This document shows positions 19,724-27,407 of a stretch of DNA of 51,361 nt, in pieces; positions within the stretch are counted from its first letter, which is position 1; every line of letters starts with the position of its first letter. The position numbers and the translations under genes were made by a program. The stretch lies in the NCBI GenBank assembly GCA_040882345.1, contig JBBEBL010000263.1, positions 2,264-53,624 of the forward strand, written 5' to 3'. A model generated the notes under the pieces. The model made no database searches. It was given only the letters and a program-made list of their open reading frames with translations, and was not told the origin of the DNA. Source of the DNA: Chloroflexota bacterium. GTDB lineage: Bacteria; Chloroflexota; Limnocylindria; Limnocylindrales; CSP1-4.

Positions 19724-21318
19724 GCGGACGGCGCTCCATCCGCCGGGGCCCTGGGCGCCTCGGGGACGCCCGCCGCCATCTCGATGGCCCGGCGCAGGGC
19801 GGCCGCCTTGTGCTCCGTCTCCTCGAACTCGAGCTCCGGGACGGACGCGGCGACGATGCCGGCCCCCGTGTGGATGTGGGCCTGGCCGTCACGCAGGACG
19901 GCGCTCCGGATGGTGATCGCGGTGTCCAGGTTGCCGTCGTAGCCGAGGTAGCCCACGGCGCCGCCGTACAGGCCTCGTCGCTCGCCTTCCGCCTCCGCGA
20001 TCAGCTGCATCGCGCGGACCTTGGGGGCACCGCTCAACGTGCCCGCAGGGAACACGGAGCGGAGCGCGTCCAGCGCGTCCAGCTCCGGCTTGAGGCGACC
20101 CTCCACGTGCGACACGAGGTGCAGGACGTGGCTGTAGCGCTCCACCTCCATGTACTTGCTGACGGTCACCGTCCCGGGCCGACTGACGCGACCGATATCG
20201 TTGCGGCCGAGGTCCACGAGCATCACGTGCTCGGCCCGTTCCTTCGGGTCGCGCTGGAGCTGTTCCGCGAGCAGGGCGTCCTCGCGACTGTCCGCGCCGC
20301 GCGGCCGCGTGCCCGCGATGGGATGCGTGGTCAGTCGATCGCCTTCCGCCTGCAGGAGCAGCTCCGGCGATGCGCCGACGACCTCGAAGGCCGGGGTCCG
20401 GACGAAGAACAGGTACGGGCTCGGGTTGACCCGGCGCAAGGAGCGGTACAGTCCGATGCCGTCAAGCGGGCGGCCGGTGGACGCGTCCATCGGGACGTCG
20501 AACGATTGGCGCCGGGCGAGGACGACCTGGATCGCCTCGCCGCCCGCGATCGCATCCTTGGCGACCTCGACGGCCCGGATGTATCCCTCGCGGCCAAGGC
20601 TCGTCTCGATCGGGCCCCCGAGCCCCAACGGGGACGGCGCGCCTCGGGCGGCTCCACCGGCGATCTCGGCTGCGCTCGGTCGCGACGTGCGCTCCAGGGC
20701 AGCGAAGATCGCCTCCTCGGCGATGCGGTAGCGACCCTCGAGGTCCGGCGCCTCGGTATGCAGGGAGGCGAGGGCGCTCAGCGTGTGGGTCAGGTGGTCG
20801 AAGACGAGGACCAGGTCCGTCTCGATGAACGCCGCCGTCGGGACGCCGACCGGATCGCGATCCGGCAAGGCCACGCGCGGCTCGAAGATGCTGACCGCGT
20901 CATAGGCCAGCGCCCCGACGGCTCCACCGTTGAAGCGCGGCATGCCCTCGGTCGGCTGGACGCGGCGTCGCGGGACGAAGGCCCGGATCGCGTCCAGGGG
21001 GTCCTCCACGTCCATCGTCTCGATGGGCAGGTCCGGCGCGAACGTCGGCACGGTCACCGGGCGGGTCTGGATGCTGGCGCGGCCGTCGCGGACCTCCAGC
21101 AGCCGGCGAGGGCCTACCCCCATGAACGAGTAGCGGCCGAGCCGCTCGCCACCTTCGACCGATTCGAGCAGATAGGCCGGGCCGCCGTCGTCGAGGCGGA
21201 GGAAGGCCCCGATCGGGGTTTCCAGGTCGGCCGGCCGTGTCGCCCGGAGCAGGATCGTGTCCGCGTTGGCAGCCAGGCGCTTGGTCTGCGCGAGGCTGAT
21301 CGGGTCGGCGGTGGTCAT
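19720..21318 (-). CDS. trpE: Anthranilate synthase component I
   Basis: Start placed at MTTADPISLAQT (ATG at 21318). Motifs: LLESVEGGERLGRYSF..PSPYLFF..GTRPRG..ERAEHVMLVDLGRNDIGRV..GTLSGAPKVRAMQ..GGAVGY. The 80 extra N-terminal codons of the track ORF cover the T-box leader. Confidence 0.9.
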   Translation of the reverse strand: MTTADPISLAQTKRLAANADTILLRATRPADLETPIGAFLRLDDGGPAYLLESVEGGERLGRYSFMGVGPRRLLEVRDGRASIQTRPVTVPTFAPDLPIETMDVEDPLDAIRAFVPRRRVQPTEGMPRFNGGAVGALAYDAVSIFEPRVALPDRDPVGVPTAAFIETDLVLVFDHLTHTLSALASLHTEAPDLEGRYRIAEEAIFAALERTSRPSAAEIAGGAARGAPSPLGLGGPIETSLGREGYIRAVEVAKDAIAGGEAIQVVLARRQSFDVPMDASTGRPLDGIGLYRSLRRVNPSPYLFFVRTPAFEVVGASPELLLQAEGDRLTTHPIAGTRPRGADSREDALLAEQLQRDPKERAEHVMLVDLGRNDIGRVSRPGTVTVSKYMEVERYSHVLHLVSHVEGRLKPELDALDALRSVFPAGTLSGAPKVRAMQLIAEAEGERRGLYGGAVGYLGYDGNLDTAITIRSAVLRDGQAHIHTGAGIVAASVPELEFEETEHKAAALRRAIEMAAGVPEAPRAPADGAPSA

Positions 21319-21336
21319 CGCGGTGTCTGGCCTCTG

Positions 21337-21645
21337 AATCAAGAAACGACCGTTTCGTCCCGGGACGAAAGGTCGTGCCTTCCGCGGTGCCACCCTCATT
21401 CGGCGTGTGCCGCACTCATCGTGACCGACGGCTCGTGGTGGTTGCCCACCGCGGCGATCGGCGCTGCCCGGTATCGCTGGCGCTCTGCGCCGGAGCCTAC
21501 TGGTCGCGCGACCCGCAAGGGCCGCTGCGTCGTTCGGTCCGGAGGCTCCCGGGTCCATCCCCTGCCGCTGTCGCTCCGGTTTCCACCAACCACCGGATCT
21601 CTGTGCCGACGCACGTCAGGTACTCGTCCCGTTCACAGCCCGTCT
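21337..21645 (-). promoter_or_regulatory. T-box riboswitch leader (tRNA-Trp-responsive) with intrinsic terminator
   Basis: Reverse strand features:
- T-box sequence AAUGAGGGUGGCACCGCG (complement of 21383-21400).
- Terminator ACGACCUUUCGUC / GACGAAACGGUCGU (complement of 21346-21376) followed by UUCUUGAUU.
- Stem I elements: GAGUA S-turn, AGAGA bulge, UCCGG/CCGGA helix capped by UGGUUGGUGGAAA.
- Specifier loop GGA-UGG-A, with UGG at complement 21555-21557. Confidence 0.82.
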
Positions 21646-21685
21646 TCGTGATGTGTGCGGATGGTCGCAGCCGGCACGCCGGCCG

Positions 21686-21886
21686 TCAAGCGCGGGGCGG
21701 TGGCTCGTCCGGTGCTGCCGCGTCCGGCGGCTGGAACCCCGGGCAACGCAGGACCGGCAGGGCCGGGTAGCGGGGAAAGCGAGGGTCTGCCACGGATCGT
21801 CGGCACAGGATGAACCGGCTGCCGCGGGCCGTGGTCACGACGCGGACATGGCGGCACGTGGCGCACAGGCCCGGCGGCGGCGTCAT
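21686..21886 (-). CDS. Small Cys4 hypothetical protein (66 aa)
   Basis: MTPPPGLCATCRHVRVVTTARGSRFILCRRSVADPRFPRYPALPVLRCPGFQ has four Cys in a CxxC..C..C layout. I cannot name the family. Coding status is inferred from ORF length and the non-repetitive composition of the first 50 residues. Confidence 0.5.
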   Translation of the reverse strand: MTPPPGLCATCRHVRVVTTARGSRFILCRRSVADPRFPRYPALPVLRCPGFQPPDAAAPDEPPPRA

Positions 21887-21890
21887 GGCG

Positions 21891-21978
21891 TGGCGGAGAG
21901 GGTGGGATTCGAACCCACGGGATCTTGCGACCCTGCGCTTTTCAAGAGCGCCGCCATCGACCGCTCGGCCACCTCTCC
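21891..21978 (-). tRNA. tRNA-Ser (anticodon UGA), CCA encoded
   Basis: Reverse complement is GGAGAGGTGGCCGAGCGGTCGATGGCGGCGCTCTTGAAAAGCGC..GGGTTCGAATCCCACCCTCTCCGCCA. Anticodon loop is CU-UGA-AA. It lies 28 nt downstream of serS. Confidence 0.92.
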
Positions 21979-22006
21979 ACCGCTGAGGATACCGCGGGTC
22001 GGCGGG

Positions 22007-23311
22007 TCAGTCCCGCGCCGCGATGACCTCACGGCCGAGATACGGCCGCAGCACCTCCGGCACGATCACGGTCCCGTCCGGCTGCTGGTAGGTCTCCAGG
22101 ATGGCGGCGACGACCCGGGCAAGCGCGAGGCCGGATCCGTTGAGCGTGTGCACGAGCTCCGGTTTCGCGCCCGCTTCCGGTCGATAGCGGATGGCCATCC
22201 GACGGGCCTGGTAGTCGTGGAAGTTCGAACACGAACTGACCTCCAGCCAGCGCTCCACGCCGGGTGACCAGACCTCGAGGTCGTACTTGCGCGCCTGGAC
22301 GAAACCCATCTCCCGGGTGCTCATGAGCAGGACGCGGTACGCGAGGCCCAGGCGCCGGAGGAGGATCTCCGCTCGCTCGGTCATCCACTCCAGCGCGGCC
22401 GGACTGTCCTCCGGCCGCTCGAACAGGACCATCTCCACCTTGTCGAACTGGTGGACGCGCAGGATCCCGCGGGTGTCCTTGCCGGCGGCCCCGGCCTCGC
22501 GGCGGAAGCATGGGGAGTAGGCGGCATACCGGATGGGCAGGTCCGCGGCGTCCAGGATCTCGTCGCGGTGGAGGTTCGTGACCGGCACCTCTGCCGTCGG
22601 GACGAGGTACAGCTCGTCACGCGTCACGACGTACATCTGGTCTTCCTTGTCCGGGATCTGCCCGGTCCCGGTCGCGCTGGCCGCATTGACCACGGCCGGC
22701 GGCCACACCTCGGTGAACCCGTGCTCGCGGGTGTGGACATCCAGGAACCAGCTGATGAGGCCGCGCTGGAGGGCCGACCCCGCGCCCTTGTAGACCGGGA
22801 ATCCCGAGCCGGCGATCTTGGCGCCCCGGGCGTTGTCGATGATGTCCAGCGCCTCGCCGATCTCCCAGTGGGGCCGGCGCTCCCATCCGGCCTCCGCGCG
22901 TTCCAGTCGCGTCCCCCAGGTCCGGACGGTGACGTTGGCCTCCTCGCCCCCGACCGGCACGTCGGGATCGGCGGGATTGGGGATGCGCAGGAGCAGGTCG
23001 TCCAGCTCAGACTCCACCGTCGCGAGCTCGGCGTCCAGCGCGGTGATGCGTTCGCCGGCGGCCACGGAGGCGGCCTTCAATTCTGCCACCTCCGGTCCGT
23101 CCGGCCTCGCGCCACCCTTGATCGCCTCGCCGATCCGCTTGCTGGCGGCGTTGCGCTCCGCCTTGAGACGGTCGCTCTCACCCAGGAGGGCGCGGCGGCG
23201 CTCGTCGAGCCCCAGGGCGCGATCCACGAGCGCCGGGTCCTCACCCTTGTCCCTCGCACCGCGGCGGATGACCTCGGGCTCCTCCCGGAGCCGTGCCAGG
23301 CCGACGCTCAT
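22007..23311 (-). CDS. serS: Seryl-tRNA synthetase
   Basis: N-terminal coiled-coil arm, then FRREAGAAGKDTRGILRVHQFDKVE..GSGLALARV. 434 aa. Confidence 0.93.
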   Translation of the reverse strand: MSVGLARLREEPEVIRRGARDKGEDPALVDRALGLDERRRALLGESDRLKAERNAASKRIGEAIKGGARPDGPEVAELKAASVAAGERITALDAELATVESELDDLLLRIPNPADPDVPVGGEEANVTVRTWGTRLERAEAGWERRPHWEIGEALDIIDNARGAKIAGSGFPVYKGAGSALQRGLISWFLDVHTREHGFTEVWPPAVVNAASATGTGQIPDKEDQMYVVTRDELYLVPTAEVPVTNLHRDEILDAADLPIRYAAYSPCFRREAGAAGKDTRGILRVHQFDKVEMVLFERPEDSPAALEWMTERAEILLRRLGLAYRVLLMSTREMGFVQARKYDLEVWSPGVERWLEVSSCSNFHDYQARRMAIRYRPEAGAKPELVHTLNGSGLALARVVAAILETYQQPDGTVIVPEVLRPYLGREVIAARD

Positions 23312-24930
23312 GCGGCACCTCCGACGTCAGCGACCCGCGTGGCCACTGCGGCCTCGCGCAATCGAACCAGCACGAGCCCGGGGTCCAGGCTGGCCAGGAG
23401 CCAACCCGCGCGCGGTCCGTTGGTCCGGCCGAGGAAAGCGCGGTAGATCGCATCGAAGGCGCGACCGGCGGGCAGGTCCGCCCCGTTCGCGGTGGCGAAG
23501 ATCTCGTCCTGCCACGCATCGCCGGATGCCGGGGTGGAGGCGGCGGCGGCCGACGCCAGAGCGGCGAGGAAGCCGCGCTGCGCGTCGTCCAGGTCCATGG
23601 CGACGTCCGGCAGGTCCGACTGAACGCGGATGACGATCCGCTCTGGGGCGTAGGTCTCCAGCCACGCCCGGGCGGCGGCCTCGCGCTCGCCGAGGATCGC
23701 GGCCTCGCGCGGGGTCAGGTCACTCCCCTTCTCCGCGGCGGCTCGCTCGGCGACGTCCACGCCGGGGATCTGGGCGAGCATGGCGAGGTGACTGAAGGCC
23801 GGGCGGAACGCGGCCGCTTCCTCGGCGACGTCCGCCGAGGCGTCCAGCAGCGAATACCGGAACGTGGCCTCGTAGCCGGGCGGCAGCTCACCCTTCACCT
23901 CGCGCCCGGCGGTGGCCGCCCCGAACCGGTCGAATTCGTCGAACAGGCGCGGGATCTGGTCCGTGCCGTCAGGATCGAAGTCGATGGCGTGGTTGGGTCG
24001 CGGGCGCAGGAACAGGAAGCGGAGCTGTTCCGGTGGGACGACCTCCGCCATGGTGTGGGCCGCGGCGCCGCGCCCCTTGGAGGTGGACATCTTCTTGCCG
24101 CCGATGTTCAGGAACTCGTACGGGACGTTGAGCGGCGGCTCGCGCTCGAACACCTCGCGGGCGATGGCGTCGCTCCGGTCACGTGACCCGCCCGCGGTGG
24201 AGAGATCCTTGCCGCACGGCTCGATCGTGACACCGAACAGGGACCACTGGGCCGCCCACTCCAGGTTCCACGGCAGCTTGGCGGCCCCGCCGAACGGGCT
24301 GATCCAACCGGTGAAGTTGCAGCCGGTCGCCCACTCCACGAGTCGCTGACGACACTCGGCGTACACGCGCTCGCCGTCCCATTGGGTCACGATCGTCGTG
24401 CCGACCTTGCCGCAGTTCGGACAGATGACGCCGACCGGATGCCAGGTGTCGGGGTGCTGCACGTTGGCGACCCGCCGGTAGATGTCGCGGACGAGCGCCG
24501 CACGGTCCAGCGCGGTCCGGATGTACTGATCCATCGCCCCCGTCGGGTAGATGTCGCTCATCCAGTAGTAGCGGTCGGGGTGGATGCCGAGGCCCGCGAA
24601 CGTGTCGATGAAGACGCCGGCGAAGTGCCGGGCGTACGACGCATGGCAGTCGCCGATCGGATCGGGTACGTGGGCCAGCGGCCGGCCCATCTCGCGCTCG
24701 ATGGCATCCGGCGTCAAGAGCGCCTGGGCGTCCATCGGGTCAAGGTCATCTACGCCGTAGAGGAGCGTCGTCTCGATGCCGCTGGCCCGTAGCGCGCGCG
24801 CGATGGCGTCGAGGATGACGGGGCCACGGAGGCTCCCGACGTGGACCGTGCCCGAGGGGGTCTTGGAGTCGTTGACGACCTGGGGGCCGCGGTCGGCGAC
24901 GCGCTGCGCCAGTTCGTCGGCCCAATCCAT
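23308..24930 (-). CDS. lysK: Lysyl-tRNA synthetase, class I
   Basis: Start placed at MDWADELAQRV. Motifs: PSGTVHVGSLRG (HIGH-like), CPNCGK and GGKKMSTSKG (KMSKS). About 540 aa. ATGA overlap with serS. Confidence 0.88.
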   Translation of the reverse strand: MDWADELAQRVADRGPQVVNDSKTPSGTVHVGSLRGPVILDAIARALRASGIETTLLYGVDDLDPMDAQALLTPDAIEREMGRPLAHVPDPIGDCHASYARHFAGVFIDTFAGLGIHPDRYYWMSDIYPTGAMDQYIRTALDRAALVRDIYRRVANVQHPDTWHPVGVICPNCGKVGTTIVTQWDGERVYAECRQRLVEWATGCNFTGWISPFGGAAKLPWNLEWAAQWSLFGVTIEPCGKDLSTAGGSRDRSDAIAREVFEREPPLNVPYEFLNIGGKKMSTSKGRGAAAHTMAEVVPPEQLRFLFLRPRPNHAIDFDPDGTDQIPRLFDEFDRFGAATAGREVKGELPPGYEATFRYSLLDASADVAEEAAAFRPAFSHLAMLAQIPGVDVAERAAAEKGSDLTPREAAILGEREAAARAWLETYAPERIVIRVQSDLPDVAMDLDDAQRGFLAALASAAAASTPASGDAWQDEIFATANGADLPAGRAFDAIYRAFLGRTNGPRAGWLLASLDPGLVLVRLREAAVATRVADVGGAA

Positions 24931-24949
24931 GGTCAGGCGCGGGCAGGCA

Positions 24950-25414
24950 TCAGCTGATGCTGACGATCTTGTAGGTGAAGTCCCCGGCGGGGACGCTGAC
25001 GACGACCTTCTCGCCCTTCTTCTTCCCCAGCAGCGCCCGCCCGACGGGGCTCTCATTGGAGATCCGGCCCTCCGCGGGCTTGGCCTCCGTCGACCCGACG
25101 ATCGTGAAGGACTCCTTCCCGTCGCCGCTCTCGACGGCCACCGTGGACCCGATCTGGACGTGGTCCGTGGAGTGCGTCTCCTCGATGATCGTGGCGTTCT
25201 TGATCAGCGCTTCCAACGTCTGGATCCGACCCTCGACGAACGCCTGCTCGTTCTTGGCGTCTTCGTACTCGGCGTTCTCGGACAGGTCGCCGTGCTCCTT
25301 GGCGTCGTGGATCCGGTCGGCAACCTCCGGTCGCTTGACCGTGATCATCTCGTGGAGCTCGTCGCGGAGCTTCTCGAGGCCATCCTTGGAGAGATACGTC
25401 GGCTTGTTGTTCAT
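24950..25414 (-). CDS. greA: Transcription elongation factor GreA
   Basis: LSKDGLEKLRDELHEM..RPEVADRIHDAKEHGDLSENAEYEDAKNEQAFVEGRI..SPVGRALLGKKKGE. 154 aa. Confidence 0.95.
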   Translation of the reverse strand: MNNKPTYLSKDGLEKLRDELHEMITVKRPEVADRIHDAKEHGDLSENAEYEDAKNEQAFVEGRIQTLEALIKNATIIEETHSTDHVQIGSTVAVESGDGKESFTIVGSTEAKPAEGRISNESPVGRALLGKKKGEKVVVSVPAGDFTYKIVSIS

Positions 25415-25442
25415 GTCAGGTAGGCCCCCGCGATGCGAGTGA

Positions 25443-25475
25443 TCGGGATTGGGTCGGGATTGGGTCGGGATGGGG
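25443..25475. repeat. Tandem 11-nt repeat in three copies (TCGGGATTGGG, TCGGGATTGGG, TCGGGATGGGG) inside the greA 5' leader
   Basis: Read directly. On the transcribed (-) strand it gives C-rich units CCCAAUCCCGA located 29-61 nt upstream of the greA ATG. Confidence 0.85.
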
Positions 25476-25514
25476 TGTCGCGTCCCGGGTCGGTCGCTGA
25501 TCCGGTCCGTCCGC

Positions 25515-25565
25515 TGATAAAGAAAAGGACTCCAGGCGACCCGCGGTGTCCCCGCGCGCCTGAAG
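25515..25565 (-). terminator. Intrinsic terminator-like hairpin inside the greA leader
   Basis: Reverse strand: CUUCAGGCG-CGCGG-GGACA-CCGCG-GGU-CGCCUGGAG followed by UCCUUUUCUUUAU. It lies between the candidate promoter (25582-25610) and the greA ATG (25414). Confidence 0.55.
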
Positions 25566-25581
25566 TTCCAGCCGGTCGTGA

Positions 25582-25610
25582 ATGGTAGTGCGGCCCTCGC
25601 GGGGTGTCAA
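25582..25610 (-). promoter_or_regulatory. Candidate greA promoter (TTGACA, 17 nt spacer, TACCAT)
   Basis: Reverse strand: TTGACA (complement of 25605-25610), a 17-nt spacer, then TACCAT (complement of 25582-25587). This predicts a 5' leader of about 160 nt. Confidence 0.5.
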
Positions 25611-26037
25611 AAAGATCCCGGACGGGTGTCGATTCGGCGGCGCGTGATGGACCGTGGCATGGGCCGATCCCCCCTTCACGTTCAGCCCGATGGCCCCATC
25701 GAACGCCCGAAGCGCGCGCGGATGCTTGTGGCCGTCATCTGGCGCGGACTTCCGTGACGGTGAACGTTGGCGCGCCCAAGGGAGCACCGGGCGATTCGGC
25801 GGATGGCCTCCCAGCCGGTCGTTCGCCGTCGGTGAAGGCGCCAGCGCGAGGCGCCAGGCGAACGGGGCGGGGCGACCGCGACCGCCGGCTTCCCCGCGCC
25901 AACGTTCGGCGTGGGTGAAGCGGGCATGATCGCGAGCGGGTTGACGGCATCGACTTCGCGGACGGTGAATGCGGCGGGCGGACGGGGCGCCCGGTCGGCC
26001 GCGTCTGCGACGTGGCCGAGCTGCCCGCGCGCTGAGG

Positions 26038-26517
26038 CTACTCGGCGAGCCGCAGCAGGCGACGCTTCACGCGCTGGAGCGAGCCGCGATCCGGGAGCGC
26101 CACGAAGAGCGTGTCGTCACCCGCGATAGAGCCCGCGACCTCCGGCCAGCGTGCCCGGTCCAGGGCGGCAGCGATGGCGTGCGCGCTCCCGGGCAGCGTG
26201 CGCAGGACCAGGAGCAGCCCCGCCTCGTGGATCTCCAGGGGCAGGTCCGACAGGAGCTTGCGCAAGCGGTCCTCGCCGGACGTCTCCGCCTCGATCAGTC
26301 GCGGCGGGATGGCGTACGCGGCGGTTCCCTCGCGGGCGATCTTGATCAGTCCAAGGTCAGCCACGTCGCGCGAGATCGTCGCCTGGGTCGTGCGGAATCC
26401 GCGCTCGCGCAGCGCCGTGGCCAGCTCCTGCTGCGTCCGGATGACCCGCTGGGCGACGAGATCGCGGATCGCCCGCTGGCGAAGCTGCTTCATGACCTCC
26501 ATGGGCGCTCCCGTCAA
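26038..26517 (-). CDS. argR: Arginine repressor ArgR
   Basis: RQRAIRDLVAQRVIRTQQELATALRERGFRTTQATISRDVADLGL (winged helix), with the C-terminal oligomerisation/Arg-binding part ending GDDTLFV. The start could be one of the internal Met codons (MEVMKQ). Confidence 0.88.
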   Translation of the reverse strand: MTGAPMEVMKQLRQRAIRDLVAQRVIRTQQELATALRERGFRTTQATISRDVADLGLIKIAREGTAAYAIPPRLIEAETSGEDRLRKLLSDLPLEIHEAGLLLVLRTLPGSAHAIAAALDRARWPEVAGSIAGDDTLFVALPDRGSLQRVKRRLLRLAE

Positions 26518-27347
26518 CCGCCCCGGATCGCCACGACCGCCACCACGACGCCCGCCAACGCGAAGCGATACCAGATGAACACCGCGAGCGACCGCGTCCG
26601 CAGGTAGCGCAGCATGAAGTGGATGGCGGCAAGACCGGACACGAGCGACGCGACCATCCCGATGACCAGGGGCGCGGTGCTCACATCAACCCCCGACTCG
26701 CCGGTGAACAGCTTGCGAGCCTCGAAGATCCCCGCGCCGGCCGTGATGGGTGTCGCCATCAGGAACGCGAACCGCGCGGCGGCCTGGCGGTCAAGCCCTG
26801 CGAGCCTGGCGGCCGAGATGGAGATGCCGGACCGGCTGATCCCCGGGACCAGGGCCAGTGCCTGCGCGGCACCGATCCCGATCGCGACGGGGAACGAGAT
26901 GTCGCCGATGGGCCGATCGCGGCGACCGACCCGGTCGGCGACCCACAGCACGACGCCACCGACGACGAGCATCAGCGCGACGATGGCGACCTGGCGGACC
27001 TGCTGCTCGATGACGTCGTTGAAGACGAGGCCGGCGATGGCCGCCGGGATGGTGGTGGCGGCCAGCAGCCACGCCAGCTTGCGGTCCGGGTCGCCGCGGA
27101 ACGAGCGGTCCCGCAGCGCCGCGAACCCGGCCGGCACGAGCCGGAGCCAGTCCGCGCGGAAGTACACGAGCAGGGCGACCAGCGTGCCCAGGTGGAGCAT
27201 GACGCTGAAGGCCAGGCTGTTGAGGAACGCGTCATCCCACCCGAACAGGTACGGGACGACGACGAGATGTCCGGATGAGGAGACCGGCAGGAACTCCGTG
27301 AGTCCCTGCACGATCCCCATGATCAGGGCCTGGAGGACGGTGTCCAT
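26514..27347 (-). CDS. uppP: Undecaprenyl-diphosphate phosphatase
   Basis: GIVQGLTEFLPVSSSGHL..MLHLGT..PGISRSGISI. 277 aa polytopic membrane protein. Confidence 0.92.
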   Translation of the reverse strand: MDTVLQALIMGIVQGLTEFLPVSSSGHLVVVPYLFGWDDAFLNSLAFSVMLHLGTLVALLVYFRADWLRLVPAGFAALRDRSFRGDPDRKLAWLLAATTIPAAIAGLVFNDVIEQQVRQVAIVALMLVVGGVVLWVADRVGRRDRPIGDISFPVAIGIGAAQALALVPGISRSGISISAARLAGLDRQAAARFAFLMATPITAGAGIFEARKLFTGESGVDVSTAPLVIGMVASLVSGLAAIHFMLRYLRTRSLAVFIWYRFALAGVVVAVVAIRGG

Positions 27348-27370
27348 CGGGTCGCGACCTCCATGTGTCT

Positions 27371-27387
27371 GGGGCCGGACCGGCCCC
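27371..27387 (-). terminator. GC hairpin downstream of hppA (possible terminator, no U tract)
   Basis: GGGGCC-GGACC-GGCCCC palindrome lying between the hppA stop (27408) and the uppP start (27347). Confidence 0.3.
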
Positions 27388-27407
27388 GTGGTTCGGCGGT
27401 TCGGCGC

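Noticed and set aside
25443-25475. The tandem 11-nt repeat as a possible CRISPR or minisatellite.
   Set aside because: - There are only three contiguous copies with no spacers.
- It lies inside the greA 5' leader, and no cas genes are present.
25654-25950. ORFs of 71-123 aa in the argR-greA spacer (25416-25787 -, 25604-25918 +, 25654-25929 +, 25682-25927 -, 25735-25950 -).
   Set aside because: - All overlap one another.
- They are Arg/Pro/Ser-rich, lack SD or leaderless-type starts, and have mediocre third-position GC.
- The region is treated as non-coding.
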